Assembly: GCA_964016885.1 (NCBI GenBank)
Contig: OZ024742.1
Span: 369,582,001 to 369,646,000 of the forward strand
Source of the DNA: Eledone cirrhosa
Taxonomy: Eukaryota
DNA length: 64,000 nucleotides
Direction: 5' to 3'
Under the pieces are notes generated by a model. That model searched no databases. It was not told the DNA's origin and was given only the letters and a program-made list of their open reading frames with translations. The number at the start of each line of letters is the position of its first letter. Positions within the stretch are counted from its first letter, which is position 1. This document shows positions 1 to 14,388 of the stretch, one piece after another. Made by a program: the position numbers and the translations under genes.

Positions 1-3000
1 GTTAACTGACATGACAGAGGGGGCGAAAGAAAGTAGGAGAAACAGAGAGAATGAGGGAGCAGTAAGAGAGAGAGAGTGAAAAAAAAACAGAATCGCGGTT
101 TAGGTAAATATATGTGAAAAAATGGGGAGAAGAATATTGCAGGTTGCACATGGATAAAATGTAATAAAATGAGTCGCTCATCAGTGATTTGCCGACGATC
201 ATAGATATTTCATTGCATTAAAAATCATATACCTCACGTCGGTGCAATAATAACTAAATTAAGTTATTAGGACAATTAAGACGCGTAAAGCGAGTGAGAC
301 AAGATAACAACAAAGAGGAGAGCTAACCATAGAGAGGAAGGGAACAAGCTACATAGTTATTCTGTTAGCATAAGCTAGGTGAATATATGAGCGCTTAGAA
401 AAAGGACCTTTCGGGATGAATCCAAATGTGAGAAAGAGAGAAAATGTTTTCGTCAAGAACGGGATGAAGTGAGAAGGGGAGAAACAGTGAGTGAGTGAGT
501 GGAAGTGTGAGGAAGAGTTAACTGACATGACAGAAGGGGCGAAAGAAAGTAGGAGAAACAGAGAGAACGAGGGTGCAGTAAGAGAGAGAGAGAGAGAAAA
601 AAACAGAATCGCAGTTTAGGTAAATATATGTGAAAAAATGGGGAGAAGAATACTGCAGGTTGCACATGGATAACATGTAATAAAATGAGTCCCTCATCAG
701 TGATTTGCCGACGATCATAGATATTTCATTGCATTCAAAATCATATCCCTCACGTCGGTGCAATAATAACTAAATTAAGTTATTAGGACAATTAAAACGC
801 GTAAAGCGAGTGAGACAAGATAACAACAAAGAGGAGAGCTAACCGTAGAGAGGAAGGGAACAAGCTACATAGTTATTCTGTTAGCATAAGCTAGGTTAAT
901 ATATGAGCGCTTAGAAAAAAGACCTTTCGGGATGAATCCAAATGTGAGAAAGAGAGAAAATGTTTTCGTCGCGAACGGGGTGAAGTGAGAAGGGGAGAAA
1001 CAGTGAGTGAGTGAGTGGAAGTGTGAGGAAGAGTTAACTGACATGACAGAAGGGGCGAAAGAAAGTAGGAGAAGCAGAGAGAATGAGGGAGCAGTAAGAG
1101 AGAGAGAGTGAAAAAAAAACAGAATCGCGGTTTAGGTAAATATATGTGAAAAAATGGGGAGAAGAATATTGCAGGTTGCACATGGATAAAATGTAATAAA
1201 ATGAGTCCCTCATCAGTGATTTGCCGACGATTATAGATATTTCATTGCATTAAAAATCATATACCTCACGTCGGTGCAATAATAACTAAATTAAGTTATT
1301 AGGACAATTAAAACGCGTAAAGCGAGTGAGACAAGATAACAACAAAGAGAAGAGCTAACCGTAGAGAGGAAGGGAACAAGCTACATAGTTATTCTGTTAG
1401 CATAAGCTAGGTGAATATATGAGCGCTTAGAAAAAAGAACTTTCGGGATGAATCCAAATGTGAGAAAGAGAGAAAATGTTTTCGTCGCGTACAGGGTGAA
1501 GTGAGAAGGGGAGTAACAGTGAGTGAGTGAGTGGAATTGTGAGGAAGAGTTTACTGACATGACAGAGGGGGCGAAAGAAAGTAGGAGAAACAGAGAGAAC
1601 GAGGGAGCAGTAAGAGAAAGAGAGAGAGAAAAAAACTGAATCGCAGTTTAGGTAAATATATGTGAAAAATGGGGAGAAGAATACTGCAGGTTGCACATGG
1701 ATAACATGTAATAAAATGAGTCCCTCATCAGTGATTTGCCGACGATTATAGATATTTCATTGCATTAAAAATAATATACCTCGCGTCGGTGCAATAATAA
1801 CTAAATTAAGATATTAGGACAAATAAAACGCGTAAAGCGAGTAAGACAAGATAACAACAAAGAGGAGAGCTAAAGGTAGAGACGAAGGGAACAAGCTACA
1901 TAGTTATTCTGTTAGCATAAGCTAGGTGAATATATGAGCGCTTAGAAAAAAGACCTTTCGGGATGAATCCAAATGTGAGAAAGAGAGAAAATGTTTTCGT
2001 CGCGAACGGGGTGAAGTGAGAAGGGGAGAAACAGTGAGTGAGTGAGTGGAATTGTGAGCAGGGAGTTAACTGACATGACAGAGGGGGTGAAAGAAAGTAG
2101 GAGAAACAGAGAGAACGAGGGAGCAGTAAGAGAGAGAGATAGAAAAAAACAGAATCGCAGTTTAGGTAAATATATGTGAAAAAATGGGGAGAAGAATACT
2201 GCAGGTTGCACATGGATAACATGTAATAAAATGAGTCCCTCATCAGTGATTTGCCGACGACTATAGATATTTCGTTGCATTAAAAATCATATACCTCACG
2301 TCGGGGCAATAATAAATAAATTAAGTTATTAGGACAATTAAAACGCGTAAAGCGAGTGAGACAAGATAACAACAAAGAGGAGAGCTAACCGTAGAGAGGA
2401 AGGGAACAAGCTACATAGTTATTCTTTTAGCATAAGCTAGGTGAATATATAAGCGCTTAGAAAAAAGACCTTTCGGGATGAATCCAAATGTGAGAAAGAG
2501 AGAAAATGTTTTCGTCGCGAACGGGGTGAAGTGAGAAGGGGAGAAACAGTGAGTGAGTGAGTGGAAGTGTGAGGAAGATTTAACTGACACGACAGAGGGG
2601 GCGAAAGAAAGTAGGAGAAACAGAGAGAACGAGGGAGCAGTAAGAGAGAGAGAGAGAAAAAAACAGAATCGCAGTTTAGGTAAATATATGTGAAAAAATG
2701 GGGATAAGAATACTACAGGTTGCACATGGATAACATGTAATAAAATGAGTCCCTCATCAGTGATTTGCCGACGATCATAAATATTTCATTGCATTAAAAA
2801 TCATATACCTCACGTCGGTGCAATAATAACTAAATTAAGTTATTAGGACAATTAAAACGCGTAAAGCGAGTGAGACAAGATAACAACAAAGAGGAGAGCT
2901 AACCGTAGAGAGGAAGGGAACAAGCTACATAGTTATTCTGTTAGCATAATCTAGGTGAATATATGAGCGCTTAGAAAAAAGACCTTTCGGGATGAATCCA

Positions 3001-6000
3001 AATGTGAAAAAGAGAGAAAATGTTTTCGTCGCGAACGGGTGAAGTGAGAAGGGGAGAAACAGTGAGTGAGTGAGTGAGTGGAAGTGTGAGGAAGAGTTAA
3101 CTGACATGACAGAGGCGGCGAAAGAAAGTAGGAGAAACAGAGAGAACGAGGGAGCAGTAAGAGAGAGAGAGAGAGAGAAAAAAACAGAATCGCAGTTCAG
3201 GTAAATATATGTGAAAGAATGGGGAGAAGAATACTGCAGGTTGCACATGGATAACATGTAATAAAATGAGTCCCTCATCAGTGATTTGCCGACGATCATA
3301 GATATTTCATTGCATTAAAAATCATATACCTCACGTCGGTGCAATAATAACTAAATTAAGTTATTAGGACAATTAAAACGCGTAAAGCGAGTGAGACAAG
3401 ATTGCAACAAAGAGGAGAGCTAACCGTAGAGAGGAAGAGAACAAGCTACATAGTTATTCTGTTAGCATAAGCTAGGTGAATATATGAGCGCTTAGAAAAA
3501 AGACCTTTCGGGATGAATCCAAATGTGAGAAAGAGAGAAAATGTTTTCGTCGCGAACGGGGTGAAGTGAGAAGGGGAGAAACAGTGAGTGAGTGAGTGGA
3601 AGAGTGAGGAAGAGTTAACTGACATGACAGAGGGGGCGAAACTAAGTAGGAGAAACAGAAAGAACGAGGGAGCATAAGAGAGAGAGAGAAAAAGAGAATC
3701 GCAGTTTAGGTAAATATATGTGAAAAAATGGGGAGAAGAATACTGCAGGTTGCACATGGATAAAATGTAATAAAATGAGTCCCTCATCAGTGATTTACCG
3801 ACGACTATAGATATTTCATTGCATTAAAAATCATATACCTCACGTCGGGGCAATAATAAATAAATTAAGTTATTAGCACAATTAAAACGCGTAAAGCGAG
3901 TGAGACAAGATAACAACAAAGAGGAGAGCTAACCGTAGAGAGGAAGGGAACAAGCTACATAGTTATTCTTTTAGCATAAGCTAGGTGAATATATGCGCGC
4001 TTAGGAAAAAGACCTTTCGGGATGAATCCAAATGTGAGAAAGAGAGAAAATGTTTTCGTCGCGAACGGGGTGAAGTGAGAAGGGGAGAAACAGTGAGTGA
4101 GTGAGTCGAAGTGTGAGGAAGATTTAACTGACACGACAGAGGTGGCGAAAGAAAGTAGAAGAAACAGAGAGAACGAGGGAGCAGTAAGAGAGAGAGAGAG
4201 AAAAAGACAGAATCGCAGTTTAAGTAAATATATGTGAAAAAATGGGGAGAAGAATACTACAGGTTGCACATGGATAACATGTAATAAAATGAGTCCCTCA
4301 TCAGTGATTTGCCGACGATCATAGATATTTCAGTGCATTAAAAATCATATACCTCACGTCGGTGCAATAATAACTAAATTAAGTTATTAGGACAATTAAA
4401 ACGCGTAAAGCGAGTGAGACAAGATAACAACAAAGAAGAGAGCTAACCGTAGAGAGGAAGGGAACAAGCTACATAGTTATTCTGTTAGCATAAGCTAGGT
4501 GAATATATGAGCGCTTAGAAAAAAGACCTTTCGGGATGAATCCACATGTGAGAAAGAGAGAAAATGTTTTCCTCGCGAACGGGGTGAAGTGAGAAAGGGA
4601 GAAACAGTGAGTGAGTGAGTGGAAGTGTGAGGAAGAGTTAACTGACATGACAGAGGGGGCGAAAGAAAGTAGGAGAAACAGAGAGAACGAGGGAGCAGTA
4701 AGAGAAAGAGAGAGAGAAAAAAACTGAATCGCAGTTTACGTAAATATATGTGAAATAATGAAGAGAAGAATACTGCAGGTTGCACATGGATAACACGTAA
4801 TAAAATGAGTCCCTCATCAGTTATTTGCCGACGATCATAGATATTTCATTGCATTAAAAATCATATACATCACGTCGGTGTAATAATAACTAAATTAAGT
4901 TATTAGGACAATTAAAACGCGTAAAGCGAGTGAGACAAGGTAACAACAAAGAGGAGAGCTAACCGTAGAGAGGAAGGGAACAAGCTACATAGTTATTCTG
5001 TTAGCATAAGCTAGGTGAGTATATGAGCGCTTAGATAAAAGACCTTTCGGGATGAATCCATATGTGAGAACGTGAGAAAATGTTTTCGTCGCGAACGGGG
5101 TGAAGTGAGAAGGGGAGAAACAGGGTGTGAGTGAGTGGAAGTGAGAGGAAGACTTAACTGACATGACAGAGGGGGAGAAAGAAAGTAGGAGAAACAGAGA
5201 GAACGAGGGAGCAGTAAGAGAGAGAGAAAAAACAGAATCGCAGTTTAGGTAAATATATGTGAAAAAATGGGGAGAAGAATACTGCAGGTTGCACATGGAT
5301 AACATGTAATAAAATGAGTCCCTCATCAGTGATTTGCCGACGATCATAGATATTTCATTGCATTCAAAATCATATACCTCACGTCGGTGCAATAATAACT
5401 AAATTAAGTTATTAGGACAATTAAAACGCGTAAAGCGAGTGAAACAAGATAACAACAAAGAGGAAAGCTAACCGTAGAGAGGAAGGGAACAAGCTACATA
5501 GTTATTCTGTTAGCATAAGCTAGGTGAATATATGAGCGCTTAGAAAAAAGACCTTTCGGGATGAATCCAAATGTGAGAAAGAGAGAAAATGTTTTCGTCG
5601 CGAACGGGGTGAAGTGAGAAGGGGAGAAACAGTGAGTGAGTGAGTGAGTGGAAGTCTGAGGTAGAGTTAACTGACATGACAGAGGGGGCGAAAGAAAGTA
5701 GGAGAAACAGAGAGAACGAGGGAGCAGTAAGAGAGAGAGAGAGAAAAAAACAGAATCGCAGTTTAGGTAAATATATGTGAAAAAATGGGGAGAAGAATAC
5801 TGCAGGTTGCACATGGATAACATGTAATAAAATGAGTCCCTCATCAGTGATTTGCCGACGATCATAGATATTTCATTGCATTAAAAGTCATATACCTCAC
5901 GTCGGTGCAATAATAACTAAATTAAGTTATTAGGACAATTAAAACGCGTAAAGCGAGTGAGACAAGATAACAACAAAGAGGAGAGCTAACCGTAGAGAGG

Positions 6001-9000
6001 AAGGGAACAAGCTACATAGTTATTCTGTTAGCATAAACTAGGTGAATATATGAGCGCTTAAAAAAAGACCTTTCGGGATGAATCCAAATGTGAGAAAGAG
6101 AGAAAATGTTTTCGTCGCGAACGGGGTGAAGTGAGAAGGGGAGAAACAGTGAGTGAGTGAGTGGAATTGTGAGCAGGGAGTTAACTGACATGACAGAGGG
6201 GGCGAAAGAATAGTAGGAAAAACAGAGAGAACGAGGGAGCAGTAAGAGAAAGAGAGAGAGGAAAAAACTGAATCGCAGTTTAGGTAAATATATGTGAAAA
6301 AATGGGGAGAAGAATACTGCAGTTTGCACATGGATAACATGTAATAAAATGAGTCCCTCATCAGTGATTTGCCGACGATTATAGATATTTCATTGCATTA
6401 AAAATAATATACCTCAGGTCGGTGCAATAATAACTAAATTAATTTATTAGGACAACTAAAACGCGTAAAGCGAGTGAGACAAGATAACAACAAAGAGGAG
6501 AGCTAACCGTAGAGAGGAAAGGAACAAGCTACATAGTTATTATGTTATCATAAGCTAGGTTGAATATATGAGCGCTTAGAAAAAAGACCTTTCGGGATGA
6601 ATCCAAATGTGATAAAGAGAAAATGTTTTCGTCGCGAACGGGGTGAAGTGAGAAGGGGAGAAACAGTGAGTGAGTGAGTGGAAGTGTGAGGAAGAGTTAA
6701 CTGACATAACAGAGGGGGCGAAAGAGAGTAGGAGAAACAGAGAGAACGAGGGAGCATAAGAGAGAGAGATAAAAAGAGAATCGCAGTTTAGGTAAATATA
6801 TGTGAAAAAAAGGGGAGAATAATACTGCAGGCTGCACATGGATAACATGTAATAAAATGAGTCCCTCATCAGTGATTTGCCGACGATCATAGATATTTCA
6901 TTGCATTAAAAATCATATACCTCACGTCGGGGCAATAATAACTAAATTAAGTTATTAGGACAATTAAAACGCGTAAAGCGAGTGAGACAAGATTGCAACA
7001 AAGAGGAAAGCTAACCGTAGAGAGGAAGGGAACAAGCTACATAGTTATTCTGTTAGCATAAGCTAGGTGAATATATGAGCGCTTATAAAAAAGACCTTTC
7101 GGGATGAATCCAAATGTGAGAAAGAGAGAAAATGTTTTCGTCGCGAACGGAGTGAAGTGAGAGGGGGAGAAACAGTGAGTGAGTGAGTGAGTGAGTGGAA
7201 GTGTGAGGAAGAGTTAACTTACATAACAGAAGGGGCGAAAGAAAGTAGGAGAAACAGAGAGAACGAGGGAGCAGTAAGAGAGAGAGAGAGAGAGAGAGAA
7301 AAAAACAGAATCGCAGTTTAGGTAAATATATATGAAAGAATGGGGAGAAGAATACTGCAGGTTGCACATGGATAACATGTAATAAAATAAGTCCCTCATC
7401 AGTGATTTGCCGACGATCATAGATATTTCATTGCATTAAAAATCATATACCTCACGTCGGTGCAATAATAACTAAATTAAGTTATTAGGACAATTAAAAC
7501 GCGTAAAGCGAGTGAGACAAGATAACAACAAAGAGGAGAGCTAACCGTAGAGAGGAAGGGAACAAGCTACATAGTTATTCTGTTAGCATAAGCTAGGTGA
7601 ATATATGAGCCCTTAGAAAAAAGAACTTTCGGGATGAATCCAAATGTGAGAAAGAGAGAAAATGTTTTCGTCGCGAACGGGGTGAAGTGAGAAGGGGAGA
7701 AACAGTGAGTGAGTGAGTGAGTGAGTGGAAGTGTGAGGAAGAGTTAACTGACATGACAGAAGGGGCGAAAAAAGTAGGGGAAACAGAGAGAATGAGGGAG
7801 CAGTAAGAGAGAGAGAGAAAGAGAAAAAAACAGAATCGCAGTTTAGGTAAATATATGTGACAAAATGGAGAGAAGAATACTGTAGGTTGCACATGGATAA
7901 CATGTAATAAAATGAGTCCCTCATCAGTGATTTGCCGACGATCATAGATATTTCATTGCATTAAAAATCATATAGCTCACGTCGGTGCAATAATAACTAA
8001 ATTAAGTTATTAGGACAATTAAAACGCGTAAAGCGAGTGAGCCAAGATAACAACAAAGAGGAAAGCTAACCGTAGAGAAGAAGGGAACAAGCTACATAGT
8101 TATTCTGTTAGCATAAGCTAGGTGAATATATGAGCGCTTAGAAAAAAGATCTTTCGGGATGAATCCAAGTGTAAGAAAGAGAGAAAATGTTTTCGTCGCG
8201 AACGGGGTGAAGTGAGAAGGGGAGAAACAGTGAGTGAGTGAGTGGAAGTGTGAGGAAGAGTTAACTGACATGACAGAGGGGGCAAAAGAAAGGAGGAGAA
8301 ACAGAGAGAACGAGGGAGCAGTAAGAGAGAGAGAGAGAGAAAAAAAAACAGAATCGCAGTTTAGGTAAATATATGTGAAAAAATGGAGAGAAGAATACTG
8401 CAGTTTGCACATGGATAACATGTAATAAAATGAGTCCCTCATCAGTGATTTGCCGACGATTATAGATATTTCATTGCATTAAAAATAATATACCTCAGGT
8501 CGGTGCAATAATAACTAAATTAATTTATTAGGACAACTAAAACGCGTAAAGCGAGTGAGACAAGATAACAACAAAGAGGAGAGCTAACCGTAGAGAGGAA
8601 GGGAACAAGCTACATAGTTATTATGTTATCATAAGCTAGGTGAATATATGAGCGCTTAGAAAAAAGACCTTTCGGGATGAATCCAAATGTGATAAAGAGA
8701 GAAAATGTTTTCGTCGCGAACGGGGTGAAGTGAGAAGGGGAGAAACAGTGAGTGAGTGAGTGGAAGTGTGAGGAAGAGTTGACTGACATGACAGAGGGGG
8801 CGAAAAAAGTAGGAGAAACAGAAAGAATGAGGGAGCAGTAAGTGAGAGAGAAAGAGAAAAAAACAGAATCGCAGTTTAGGTAAATATATGTGAAAAAATG
8901 GGGATAAGAATATTGCAGGTTGCACATGGATAACATGTAATAAAATGAGTCCCTCATCAGTGATTTGCCGACGATCATAGATATTTCATTGCATTAAAAA

Positions 9001-12000
9001 TCATATACCTCACGTCGGTGCAATAATAACTAAATTAAGTTATTAGGACAATTAAATCGCGTAAAGAGAGTGAGACAAGATAACAACAAAGAGTAGAGCT
9101 AACCGTAGAGAGGAAGCGAACAAGCTACATAGTTATTCTGTTAGCATATGCTAGGTGAATATATGAGCGCTTATAAAAAAGACCTTTCGGGATGAATCCA
9201 AATGAGAGAAAGAGAGAAAATGTTTTCGTCGCGAACGGGGTGAAGTGAGAAGGGGAGAAACAGTGAGTGAATGAGTGGAAGTGTGAGGAAGAGTTAACTG
9301 ACATGACAGAGGGGGCGAAAGAGAGTAGGAGAAACAGAGAGAACGAGGGAGCATAAGAGAGAGAGATAAAAAGAGAATCGTAGTTTAGGTAAATATATGT
9401 GAAAAAAAGGGGAGAATAATACTGCAGGTTGCACATGGATAACATGTAATAAAATGAGTCCCTCATCAGTGATTTGCCGACGATCATAGATATTTCATTG
9501 CATTAAAAATCATATACCTCACGTCGGGGCAATAATAACTAAATTAAGTTATTAGGACAATTAAAACGCGTAAAGCGAGTGAGACAAGATAACAACAAAG
9601 AGGAAAGCTAACCGTAGAGAGGAAGGGAACAAGCTACATAGTTATTCTGTTAGCATAAGCTAGGTGAATATATGAGCGCTTAGAAAAAAGACCTTTTGGG
9701 ATGAATCCAAATGTGAGAAAGAGAGAAAATATTTTCGTCGCGAACGGGGTGAAGTGAGAAGGGGAGAAACAGTGAGTGAGTGAGTGGAAGTGTGAGGAAG
9801 AGTTAAGTGACATGACAGAGGGGGCGAAAGAAAGTAGGAGAAACAGAGAGAACGAGGGAGCATAAGAGAGAGAGAAAAAGTATAGAATCGCAGTTTAGGT
9901 AAATATATGTGAAAAAATGGGGATAAGAATACTACAGGTTGCACATGGATAACATGTAATAAAATGAGTCCCTCATCAGTGATTTGCCGACGATCATAGA
10001 TATTTCATTGCATAAAAAATCATATACCTCACGTCGGTGCAATAATAACTAAATTAAGTTATTAGGACAATTAAAACGCGTAAAGCGAGTGAGACAAGAT
10101 AACAACAAAGAGGAGAGCTAACCGTAGAGAGGAAGGGAACAAGCTACATAGTTATTCTGTTAGCATAATCTAGGTGACTATATGAGCCCTTAGAAAAAAG
10201 ACCTTTCGGGATGAATCCAAATGTTAGAAAGAGAGAAAATGTTTTCGTCGCGAACGGGGTGAAGTGAGAAGGGGAGAAACAGTGAGTGAGTGAGTGAGTG
10301 GAAGTGTGAGGAAGAGTTAACTGACACGACAGAGGGGGCGAAAGAAAGTAGGAGAAACAGAGAGAACGAGGGAGCAGTAAGAGAGAGAGAGAGAGCAAAA
10401 AAAGAATCGCAGTTTAGGTAAATATATGTGAAAAAATGGGGAGAAGAATACTGCAGGTTGCACATGGATAACATGTAATAAAATGAGTCCCTCATCAGTA
10501 ATTTGCCGACGATCATAGATATTTCATTGGATTAAAAATCATATACCTCACGTCGGAGCAATAATAACTAAATTAAGTTATTAGGACAATTAAAACGCGT
10601 AAAGCGAGTGAGACAAGATAACAACAAAGAGGAGAGCTAACCGTAGAGAGGAAGGGAACAAGCTACATAGTTATTCTGTTAGCATAAGCTAGGTGAATAT
10701 ATGAGCGCTTAGAAAAAAGACCTTTCGGGATGAATCCAAATGTGAGAAAGAGAGAAAATGTTTTCGTCGCGAACGGGGTGAAGTGAGAAGGGGAGAAACA
10801 GTGTGTGAGTGAGGGAAGTGTGAGGAAGAGTTAACTGACATGACAGAGGGGGCGAAAAAAGTAGGAGAAACAGAGAGAATGAGGGAGCAGTAAGAGAGAG
10901 AGAAAGAGAAAAAAACAGAATCGCAGTTTAGGTAAATATATGTGACAAAATGGAGAGAAGAATACTGTAGGTTGCACATGGATAACATGTAATAAAATGA
11001 GTCCCTCATCAGTGATTTGCCGACGATCATAGATATTTCATTGCATTAAAAATCATATAGCTCACGTCGGTGCAATAATAACTAAATTAAGTTATTAGGA
11101 CAATTAAAACGCGTAAAGCGAGTGAGACAAGATAACAACAAAGAGGAGAGCTAACCGTAGAGAGGAAGGGAACAAGCTACATAGTTATTCTGTTAGCATA
11201 AGCTAGGTGAGTATATGAGCGCTTAGAATAAAACCTTTCGGGATGAATCCAAATTTGAGAAAGAGAGAAAATGTTTTCGTCGCGAACGGGGTGAAGTGAG
11301 AAGGGGAGAAACAGTGAGTGAGTGAGTGGAAGTGTGAGAAAGATTTAACTGACACGAGAGAGGGGGCGAAAGAAAGTAGGAGAAACAGAGAGAACGAGGG
11401 AGCAGTAAGAGAGAGAGAGAGAAAACAACAGAATTGCAGTTTAGGTAAATATATGTGAAAAAATGGGGAGAAGAATACTACAGGTTGCACATGGATAACA
11501 TGTAATAAAATGAGTTCCTCATCAGTGATTTGCCGACGATCATAGATATTTCATTGCATTAAAAATCATATACCTCACGTCGGTGCAATAATAACTAAAT
11601 TAAGTTATTAGGACAATTAAAACGCGTAAAGCGAGTGAGACAAGATAACAACAAAGAGGAGAGCTAACCGTAGAGAGGAAGGGAACAAGCTACATAGTTA
11701 TTCTGTTAGCATAATCTAGGTGAATATATGAGCCCTTAGAAAAAAGACCTTTCGGGATGAATCCAAATGTGAGAAAGAGAGAAAATGTTTTCGTCGCGAA
11801 CGGGGTGAAGTGAGAAGGGGAGAAACAGTGAGTGAGTGAGTGAGTAGAAGTCTGAGGAAGAGTTAACTGACATGACAGAAGGAGCGAAAGAAAGTAGGAG
11901 AAACAGAGAGAACGAGGGAGCAGTAAGAGAGAGAGAGAGAAAAAAACAGAATCGCAGTTTAGGTAAATATATGTGAAAAAATGGGAAGAATAATACTGCA

Positions 12001-14386
12001 GGTTGCACATGGATAACATGTAATAAAATGAGTCCCTCATCAGTGATTTGCCGACGATCATAGATATTTCATTGCATTAAAAATCATATACCTCACGTCG
12101 GTGCAATAATAACTAAATTAAGTTATTAGGACAATTAAAACGCGTAAAGCGAGTGAGACAAGATAACAACAAAGAGGAGATCTAACCGTAGAGAGGAAGG
12201 GAACAAGCTACATAGTTATTCTGTTAGCATAAGCTAGGTGAATATATGAGCGCTTAGATAAAAGACCTTTCGGGATGAATCCATATGTGAGAAAGAGAGA
12301 AAATGTTTTCGTCGCGAACGGGGTGAAGTGAGAAGGGGAGAAACAGTGAGTGAGTGAGTGGATGTGTGAGGAAGATTTAACTGACACGACAGAGGGGGCG
12401 AAAGAAAGTAGGAGTAACAGAGAGAATGAGGGAGCAGTAAGAGAGAGAGAGAGCAAAAAAAGAATCGCAGTTTAGGTAAATATATGTGAAAAAATGGGGA
12501 TAAGAATACTGTAGGTTGCACATGGATAACATGTAATAAAATGAGTCCTTCATCAGTGATTTGCCGACGATTATAGATATTTCATTGCATTAAAAATCAT
12601 ATACTTCGCGTCGGTGCAATAATAACTAAATTAAGTTATTAGGACAATTAAAACGCGTAAAGCGAGTGAGACAAGATAACAACAAAGAGGAGAGCTAACC
12701 GTAGAGAGGAAGGGAACAAGCTACATAGTTATTCTGTTAGCATAAGCTAGGTGAATATATGAGCGCTTAGAAAAAAGACCTTTCGGGATGAATCCACATG
12801 TGAGAAAGAGAGAAAATGTTTTCCTCGCGAACGGGGTGAAGTGAGAAGGGGAGAAACAGTGAGTGAGTGAGTGGAAGTGTGAGGAAGAGTTAACTGACAT
12901 GACAGAGGGGGCGAAAGAACGTAGGAGAAACAGAGAGAACGAGGGAGCAGTAAAAGAGGGAGAGAGTGAAAAAACAGAATCGCAGTTTAGGTAAATATAT
13001 ATGAAAAAATGGGGAGAAGAATACTGCAGGTTGCACATGGATAACATGTAATAAAATGAGTCCCTCATCAGTGATTTGCCGACGATCATAGATATTTCAT
13101 TGCATTAAAAATCATATACCTCACGTCGGTGCAATAATAACTAAATTAAGTTATTAGGACAATTAAAACGCGTAAAGCGAGTGAAACAAGATAACAAAAA
13201 AGAGGAAAGCTAACTGTAGAGAGGAAGGGAACAAGCTACATAGTTATTCTGTTAGCATAAGCTAGGTGTATATATGAGCGCTTAGAAAAAAGACCTTTCG
13301 GGATGAATCCAAATGTGAGAAAGAGAGAAAATGTTTTCGTCGCGAACGGGGTGAAGTGAGAAGGGGAGAAACAGTGAGTGAGTGAGTGAGTGGAAGTGTG
13401 AGGAAGAGTTAACTGGCGTGACAGAAGGAGCGAAAGTAGGAGAAACAGAGTGAACGAGGGAGCAGTAAGAGAGAGAGAGAGAAAAATACAGAATCGCAGT
13501 TTAGGTAAATATATGTGAAAAAATGGGGTGAAGAATACTGCAGGTTGCACATGGATAACATGTAATAAAATGAGTCCCTCATCAGTGATTTGCCGACGAT
13601 CATAGATATTTCATTGCATTAAAAATCATATACCTCACGTCGGTGCAATAAAACTAAATTAAGTTATTAGGACAATTAAAACGCGTAAAGCGAGTGAGAC
13701 AAGATAACAACAAAGAGGAAAGCTAACCGTAGAGAGGAAGGGAACAAGCTACATAGTTATTCTGTTAGCATAAGCTAGGTGAATATATGAGCGCTTAGAA
13801 AAAAGTCCTTTCGGGATGAATCCAAATGTGAGAAAGAGAGAAAATGTTTTCGTCGCGAACGGGGTGAAGTGAGAAAGGGAGAAACAGTGAGTGAGTGAGT
13901 GAGTGGAAGTGTGAGGAAGAGTTAACTGACATGACAGAGGGGGCGAAAGAAAGTAGGAGAAACAGAGAGAACGAGGGAGCAGTAAGAGAGAGAGAGAAAA
14001 AAATACAGAATCGCAGTTTAGGTAAATATATGTGAAAAAATGGGGAGAAGAATACTGCAGGTTGAACATGGATAACATGTAATAAAATGAGTCCCTCATC
14101 AGTGATTTGCCGACGATCATAGATATTTCATTGCATTAAAAATCATATACCTCACGTCGGTGCAATAAAACTAAATTAAGTTATTAGGACAATTAAAACG
14201 CGTAAAGTGAGTGAGACAAGATAACAACAAAGAGGAGAGCTAACCGAAGAGAGGAAGGGAACAAGCTACATATTTATTCTGTTAGCATGAGCTAGGTGAA
14301 TATATGAGCGCTTAGAAAAAAAACCTTTCGGGATGAATCCAAATGTGAGAAAGAGAGAAAATGTTTTCGTCGCGAACGGGGTGAAG
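1..14386. repeat. Tandem satellite array, ~515-bp monomer, ~28 copies, open at the window start
   Basis: GTTAACTGAC recurs at 1, 517 and 1033; homologous ORF stops fall at 1896, 2411, 2925 ... 13749. Length varies mainly in internal (GA)n and (GAGT)n tracts. The plus strand is strongly purine-rich. The array ends abruptly at GTGAAG followed by (AT)n. Confidence 0.99.
5546..5874 (-). ncRNA. Candidate discontinuous type III hammerhead ribozyme in the satellite monomer (representative copy)
   Basis: Minus strand reads GAAAtATC-TA|TGAT-cgtcggcaa-ATCA-CTGATGA-GGGA-[275 nt]-TCCC-GAAA-GGTcTTTT. Stems I, II and III all pair around a canonical core with a CUA triplet. Confidence 0.6.
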
Positions 14387-14388
14387 AT

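Noticed and set aside
2-14120. Repeated 60-135 aa minus-strand ORFs in the satellite
   Set aside because: Frames shift between monomers with microsatellite length, composition is low-complexity (S/L/F) and no domain is recognisable.
1-14386. CRISPR array or rDNA/5S/tRNA gene cluster
   Set aside because: There are no unique spacers and no recognisable rRNA, tRNA or snRNA sequence in the monomer.
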